Virus record (IMG/VR): IMGVR_UViG_3300011223_000002
Location: 186,001 to 227,388 of that record
Reading direction: 5' to 3' (one strand)
Origin: an uncultured virus (IMG/VR IMGVR_UViG_3300011223_000002)
Taxonomy: Duplodnaviria; Heunggongvirae; Uroviricota; Caudoviricetes
Length of the DNA: 41,388 bases
Below are positions 37,701 to 41,388 of the stretch, piece by piece. The notes under the pieces are model-generated. The model did not search any database and was not told where the DNA came from. It saw only the letters and a list, made by a program, of their open reading frames with translations. Numbering within the stretch: position 1 is the stretch's first letter; every line of letters begins with the position of its first letter. The position numbers and the translations under genes are program-made.

Positions 37701-39091
37701 CGTGTCCCCTTACGCAGGAAGAATTCCTTTTCTGCTACGGTCAAGGCACCTTCTTTGGCACGGTCGTTCAGGGCTTGTTCAACCCCGGACTCTGGGGTAG
37801 GGAAGGCCACCTGGTTGGTCACGATCTCGGTGGCTACTGTTTCGACTTCGAGCAGCTCTTCGTTTACGGCCGAGGTCCACTCTTCAAGACCCTGATCAGC
37901 GCTTCCCGTTCCTGCTGTTCCTTCGTCCTCACCAGGTCGTTCCCCACCCGTTTCATTGACGCCGATAACATCAAGGATACTGCTAGGACCAGAACCAGGA
38001 ACAGTACGTGCATTCGTGCCAGCATTGTTGCCGATGGCTCCACGAGCTTGCCCGTCTTCCGTTTCTTCTCCTTGCGCTCCTTGAGCCACTGCGGGATCTG
38101 TTGAGCCCTTTTGATTGAGCGTTTCATTATTACTCCCTGGACGTGCCAGTTCTTTCTCAGGAAGGATATTGCGCGAAAGACTCATCAATGCCAAGTAAAA
38201 GCGTTTCACCACGTTGAAACGGGTGCCCGTCTTTAATGCTTCGAAAGCCTTGTGCGGATCATCCAGCGGTTTTGCGTTCTTGTCATTGAGTTCGTCCAAC
38301 CAGGTTTTCAACACACCCAGGTTGACCACCAGCGTCTTGCTCTGGAAGGTAAACAGGATGTGCAGGTCATTCAACGCGGCAGCAGAAAGCATCCCAAACA
38401 AGCTGTAGTCGTACTGACCCGACAAGAACCCCATGAGGTCCAGCAGCCAGTAACTGTTCTCTGCTTTGGTGGCAACCAGCATGTCACGCGTGAGGACTAC
38501 CTTGCCATTCTTGAATCCTGACACAAAACGACCGTAGTCACGTGCCAAGTCAGCGAACGCTGGCATCACCAACGGGAGGTCAACGCGTAGGTACTGCTTG
38601 CGCGTCCCCTTCAGGGTTTCCTGGTTAATGCCGGACAACACCATGTGCAAGGCGTTGTAGTACTTCTCGTACCCCATGAAAACACTGGGCCGATAAATAA
38701 AGGTACGCAGAGGGAGTCCGTAGCTACGAACAAGCAGTACGTTTTCCTTCTTGTAGACGGTGCTGACATCACGGGTCCAGTTGTACGTGTAGTGGCTCCC
38801 CCGGTAGGCTTGAATCGCTTTCAGGGTTTCAATGTTCTCTACACGACCGTGCCCCATAATGGGTTCAAAACCGGTCAACGCAAAGTCAATAAAGACTTCT
38901 TTCGGGAAGTTGCTGATGAACGCTTCACTGGTGCTGGGGCCGACTTCGCCTTCGGTCTTCGGCAAGTAGTGGATGAGGCTTGCCTTAGGAAGGATAACTT
39001 CCCCTACCCCATGGAACCGGGGATTGACCAGCTCCTGTTTTTTCCGCAGTACGAAATTGCGGTAGAACTCTTGATACGTCATTACATTCAT
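34769..39091 (-). CDS. Virion RNA polymerase beta subunit, large N-terminal part (phiKZ gp178-like)
   Basis: 1440 aa; VTYGGTGGRS, HDDSKRTSF..TQASQ, YEDS, ADKWVLGNQMKAT beta-like motifs. Confidence 0.92.
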   Translation of the reverse strand: MNVMTYQEFYRNFVLRKKQELVNPRFHGVGEVILPKASLIHYLPKTEGEVGPSTSEAFISNFPKEVFIDFALTGFEPIMGHGRVENIETLKAIQAYRGSHYTYNWTRDVSTVYKKENVLLVRSYGLPLRTFIYRPSVFMGYEKYYNALHMVLSGINQETLKGTRKQYLRVDLPLVMPAFADLARDYGRFVSGFKNGKVVLTRDMLVATKAENSYWLLDLMGFLSGQYDYSLFGMLSAAALNDLHILFTFQSKTLVVNLGVLKTWLDELNDKNAKPLDDPHKAFEALKTGTRFNVVKRFYLALMSLSRNILPEKELARPGSNNETLNQKGSTDPAVAQGAQGEETEDGQARGAIGNNAGTNARTVPGSGPSSILDVIGVNETGGERPGEDEGTAGTGSADQGLEEWTSAVNEELLEVETVATEIVTNQVAFPTPESGVEQALNDRAKEGALTVAEKEFFLRKGTRYKHIEMENGQTFEEFIQITPEELTDLGGHIEGNFITILDESMKRSRTMSMKLDYPKRFLQKDICSMFLGFQNAGYAMNDFKHEVVTSIEGSYDVYSVQFHHPDGDQTTIHPRFPRVNTDDGSFVIDSVKSHLQQQKKEKVFRKISADTVALTTYYDRKLMIKRSEKMVDNLASYMGRQVLIQAKAKGYTFSKAGGRNLNNDYVMPRIYSMLGRQYKTITVGDVTLDFQIDLLLEKHPEFKHLATQERFLVGVKDGKPLTIDSYGNLFDGDAEFTSVEELLGISLSKAPIEHAVINVSGYPFPLGVVLCYYFGIDGLLKAINATTRVVPIGTRPKLSDDEYAIKFNDEYLIFNRREKLTTLIFGGMPKLNNIGNFSRSDLNSTNIWHSLMGDPRVRPSQFQEMDNLYKLFIDPISRGELKRMGLSESFHYLLIDAAKALETDYARHEVEIQEQRIVGYERFAGHLYSELCRSHRQFRNKGRGRKHKLDFNPDSVLLNIATDTSANLVEEVGPVHQVKDQEEVTYGGTGGRSEITMRKQARMQLPTFQGVISDANKDSYKVGFVTYLTSDANIADFRGNIDLKTPRTPTGDGSVTMNLMYGGTHDDSKRTSFTSTQASQAVAGVNYQMNSLRTGYGNVLAHRTSELYSKVAKEAGKVVGVERDCLTIEYTDGRQEKYPLGLVIGEASGEYHRHNRVTDLKVGDAFNKGDVVGWDEMWFARDPFCPGQVEPLMGKMVTVAMVEDQDVYEDSIAVSAEIAQESRTPYIKLNSFAIEVEKNLVMKVKVGDEIEQDAILCNIEDPFLGDDGEDNALVKDINTYGIKQIRAKHHGKIIDIQIRYNSPLDKMSETIRSLATKEDKRTKRKGEVTGSGVVNNAISNAFQVTRPTIAPGKAFVMIYIESLDASTWADKWVLGNQMKATTGRIMDRVLLTQNGRVVDMKASFKGMFNRMVLSMRNKLVANEYGYQHTQRAIAIYRGK

Positions 39092-39102
39092 TGACTTCTC
39101 GC

Positions 39103-40719
39103 TTAGTCCTCTAACCCACTCGTGGCTGCTTTGAACATGAAGAGAATGGGTTCGTTAATGGGGTCATACAGGAACCGTCCTGTACCACTGATGTAGTATT
39201 CGCGCCGACCAAACAGATCATGCGCTTCGTTTTTACTGTCCTCGGCCATGGAGGAGTTGCTGTTCAGTTGGTCCCCGTCGTGGTCAGAGTCGAGCATGCT
39301 TTCCCGGCTGGGGTCTACTGACATGGCGTCAAAGAAGCTGGGAACGTCGACACGGGTCGGGAACCTTTTGCAGGTCTCCAATTCTTGCCATTCGATCGGC
39401 TCACGGATAACCCGCGCAGAGGACTCTGCCGTGGTAATCAAGTTGACCTTGGCAGGGAAGATCGAACCAATACCAATGATGGGGTAACGGGTCTGCTGAC
39501 TGATCTGTTCGCTGATTGCCTGATGACAGCTCAGGTAGAACAGTTCTTGGTACGTGATAGGCTTGACCTTCTTCCTGTCCTTGTCTTTAGGGAGGTCGTT
39601 GATGTCATGCAACACACAGACATCTTTACCGTCATCATAGATAAGGGCCAGGTAGTGCCAATCAATGACCACTGGCTTGTCCCGCAGGTTTGGGTTACCA
39701 AATCCGTTGAACAGCTTCATGATGCCGTCCGCGGTGGTCCATTTCTCGACCAGCTGCGATTGCACCTCAACGTATTCAAACTCCAAGGTCTTGGTATTCA
39801 CCAGCTTAGCAGTTTGCGAACCCGCCGTGAAGATGCGGTCTAGGTATTTGGTCAGCATTGCGTTGATGCAGACGTACTGGAAGTTCAACAGGGCTTGATA
39901 CAACCCCATGTCCACCGAGTTGGGATCGACACCGTCATCCAGATCAAGCTGAGCACGGGAAACCTTACGTGCAGTAATGACGTTTCGTGTACCGCCGTGG
40001 ACACCGCGTGTCGACATACGGCGCTGGAGCATGCCGCCTTTACCTTCGAGCAAACCGAAGAGGTATTTATCGACCTCGTTAAAGGCGTTCTGAACTCCCC
40101 AACGCACATCGTCGTACAGGGGATTATTCGGGTCATTACGACCTGCCAAGATAACTCGAACACGGAACATCAACGCACGGTACAACTCAGAGAGTTCCGA
40201 TTCTGTTGGCGAACCACTGTCCTGGAATTGAATGTCACGCAAGCCCGCCGGGATCACAATGATCTTGTCAGTCAAGGCCTTGCCACGGTTCTGATTGGTC
40301 AGCTCAACCCGTTGACCCCGACGGTAGGAGCCGGTCAGGGAAAACTTGATGTGGGGGAACTGCTTAACAAAGGTGCTGAACCCCGTCTCGCCTTCCAGGA
40401 TGTTCGATTTTATGAAATCCTTCAGCTCGTTATCCCATACCCCATATTCCGCACCACGGAGAATTCCTTGGTACAGTGATTTGATCTGGATAAGTGCCTT
40501 TAGGTAGGTGGGGTTGAAGATCGGGAGCTTGAGATCAATATAAGCCTCGGTACGATCCCGCTCTTTACTCCCCAACTTACCGAAAATCTCTAATGAATAG
40601 AGGCCGTCGTCGTTGAGGTTTTGCGTCATACCTTCAAAGGTGTCAGTAGACGTGACCTGTTTATAAATCCCAGGAACAATGGACCTGGGATCCAACAAGG
40701 CGAGGTTAGTAGGTCTCAT
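39103..40719 (-). CDS. Virion RNA polymerase beta' N-terminal/catalytic subunit (phiKZ gp180-like)
   Basis: GLYSLEIFG, VIPAGLRD, GTRNVIT, TRYP, catalytic DHDGD (DxDGD). Confidence 0.92.
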   Translation of the reverse strand: MRPTNLALLDPRSIVPGIYKQVTSTDTFEGMTQNLNDDGLYSLEIFGKLGSKERDRTEAYIDLKLPIFNPTYLKALIQIKSLYQGILRGAEYGVWDNELKDFIKSNILEGETGFSTFVKQFPHIKFSLTGSYRRGQRVELTNQNRGKALTDKIIVIPAGLRDIQFQDSGSPTESELSELYRALMFRVRVILAGRNDPNNPLYDDVRWGVQNAFNEVDKYLFGLLEGKGGMLQRRMSTRGVHGGTRNVITARKVSRAQLDLDDGVDPNSVDMGLYQALLNFQYVCINAMLTKYLDRIFTAGSQTAKLVNTKTLEFEYVEVQSQLVEKWTTADGIMKLFNGFGNPNLRDKPVVIDWHYLALIYDDGKDVCVLHDINDLPKDKDRKKVKPITYQELFYLSCHQAISEQISQQTRYPIIGIGSIFPAKVNLITTAESSARVIREPIEWQELETCKRFPTRVDVPSFFDAMSVDPSRESMLDSDHDGDQLNSNSSMAEDSKNEAHDLFGRREYYISGTGRFLYDPINEPILFMFKAATSGLED

Positions 40720-40745
40720 TTGTTTACCTCTAGGAGTTTGCTGTA

Positions 40746-41388
40746 ATGGCTGACACTGATAATTTCGATTGGGGGGATGACCCCTTCTCGGGTGATATTG
40801 ACTTCGATACTGATTTTGACAAGTCCGCGAAACATGGCTTTCTGCGCTCGGTCGCTTCGGGGTTCTTGTCAGGCATTGTTGACAACACTGTGGGCAGTTC
40901 GGACGCCCGTATCGACACCCTGAAGAAAGCCCTCCCTAACACCTGGAACTCGGCGTTTTCAATCGCCAGTGATATCAACCGTCGTCGGCGTGAAGTGGTA
41001 GAGGAACTCAAGAAACAAAGCCACAGTGCAGTAGTCGACCTGCAATACTTGGCTAAGCGAGCCGGTGAGCGGCTCCAGAAGTTCACCCCTAATAAAATCG
41101 GTTCGGGTCTGATTGGATTCAGCCAAAACGATTTCAGTGACTGGGAAGGTTCCAGCAGTTCTTCAGGCGAACGTTTGCCGGGGATGGAAGATGCCAGTGA
41201 AGATGAAGTTGAAGGCCTGTTGGATGAGCGCGCCGCAGATGCATTGCTGCAGCGGGAAGCGACTGCCGAGGCAGCACAGAGCACCGTCGACATGCTGGCG
41301 GAAGTGGGTGGTCGTCAGTTGGGCGGTCTTAACCTGCTGAACATGTCGATCAACCGCACCAACCAGTTGGTCGAACAAACCCTGCATG
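40746..41388 (+). CDS. 5' part of a large tail protein, probably tape measure/tail-associated lysin (phiKZ gp181-like); truncated by the window edge
   Basis: Read manually: ATG 40746 with AGGAG RBS, MADTDNFDWGDDPF..., open to the edge; divergent from beta' as in phiKZ-like phages. Confidence 0.72.
   Translation, partial: MADTDNFDWGDDPFSGDIDFDTDFDKSAKHGFLRSVASGFLSGIVDNTVGSSDARIDTLKKALPNTWNSAFSIASDINRRRREVVEELKKQSHSAVVDLQYLAKRAGERLQKFTPNKIGSGLIGFSQNDFSDWEGSSSSSGERLPGMEDASEDEVEGLLDERAADALLQREATAEAAQSTVDMLAEVGGRQLGGLNLLNMSINRTNQLVEQTLH

Noticed and set aside
34769..40719. Introns or inteins in the RNAP subunit genes
   Set aside because: ORFs are continuous, of expected size, and show no intein blocks
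40730..41387. ORF-track calls 40730-41293(-), 41113-41340(+) and 41163-41387(-)
   Set aside because: They overlap the better-supported open plus-strand frame starting at 40746
1..41388. Stop-codon reassignment, or a chimallin gene within this window
   Set aside because: Genes are intact under the standard code with dense packing; no ORF is recognisable as chimallin, which by synteny would lie beyond the left edge

Overview
This 41.4-kb window is a segment of a phiKZ-like jumbo myophage genome (nucleus-forming Chimalliviridae type; identified from motifs and gene order, not a database search). From left to right it holds: the catalytic half of a split family-B DNA polymerase; a run of small overlapping genes; the PhuZ tubulin; a structured non-coding gap; three tandem HslV/proteasome-beta-like Ntn-hydrolase paralogs; and an AT-rich, strand-asymmetric divergence region. 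Next come two conserved genes, a terminase large subunit interrupted in its Walker A motif by a class 3 intein, virion genes, and the tail sheath and tube. An accessory block follows (degenerate HD protein, secreted protein, dTMP kinase, NUDIX hydrolase). The right end carries the prohead protease, three virion RNA polymerase subunits, a modular endolysin and the 5' end of the probable tape-measure gene. The most notable observations are the three-gene proteasome-like cluster (two active-looking copies and one degenerate copy), a Leu-initiated class 3 intein with a decayed endonuclease, candidate small RNAs upstream of phuZ, a recurrent early-promoter motif and a candidate replication origin. 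phiKZ gp numbers are assigned mainly by synteny and need a homology search to confirm.
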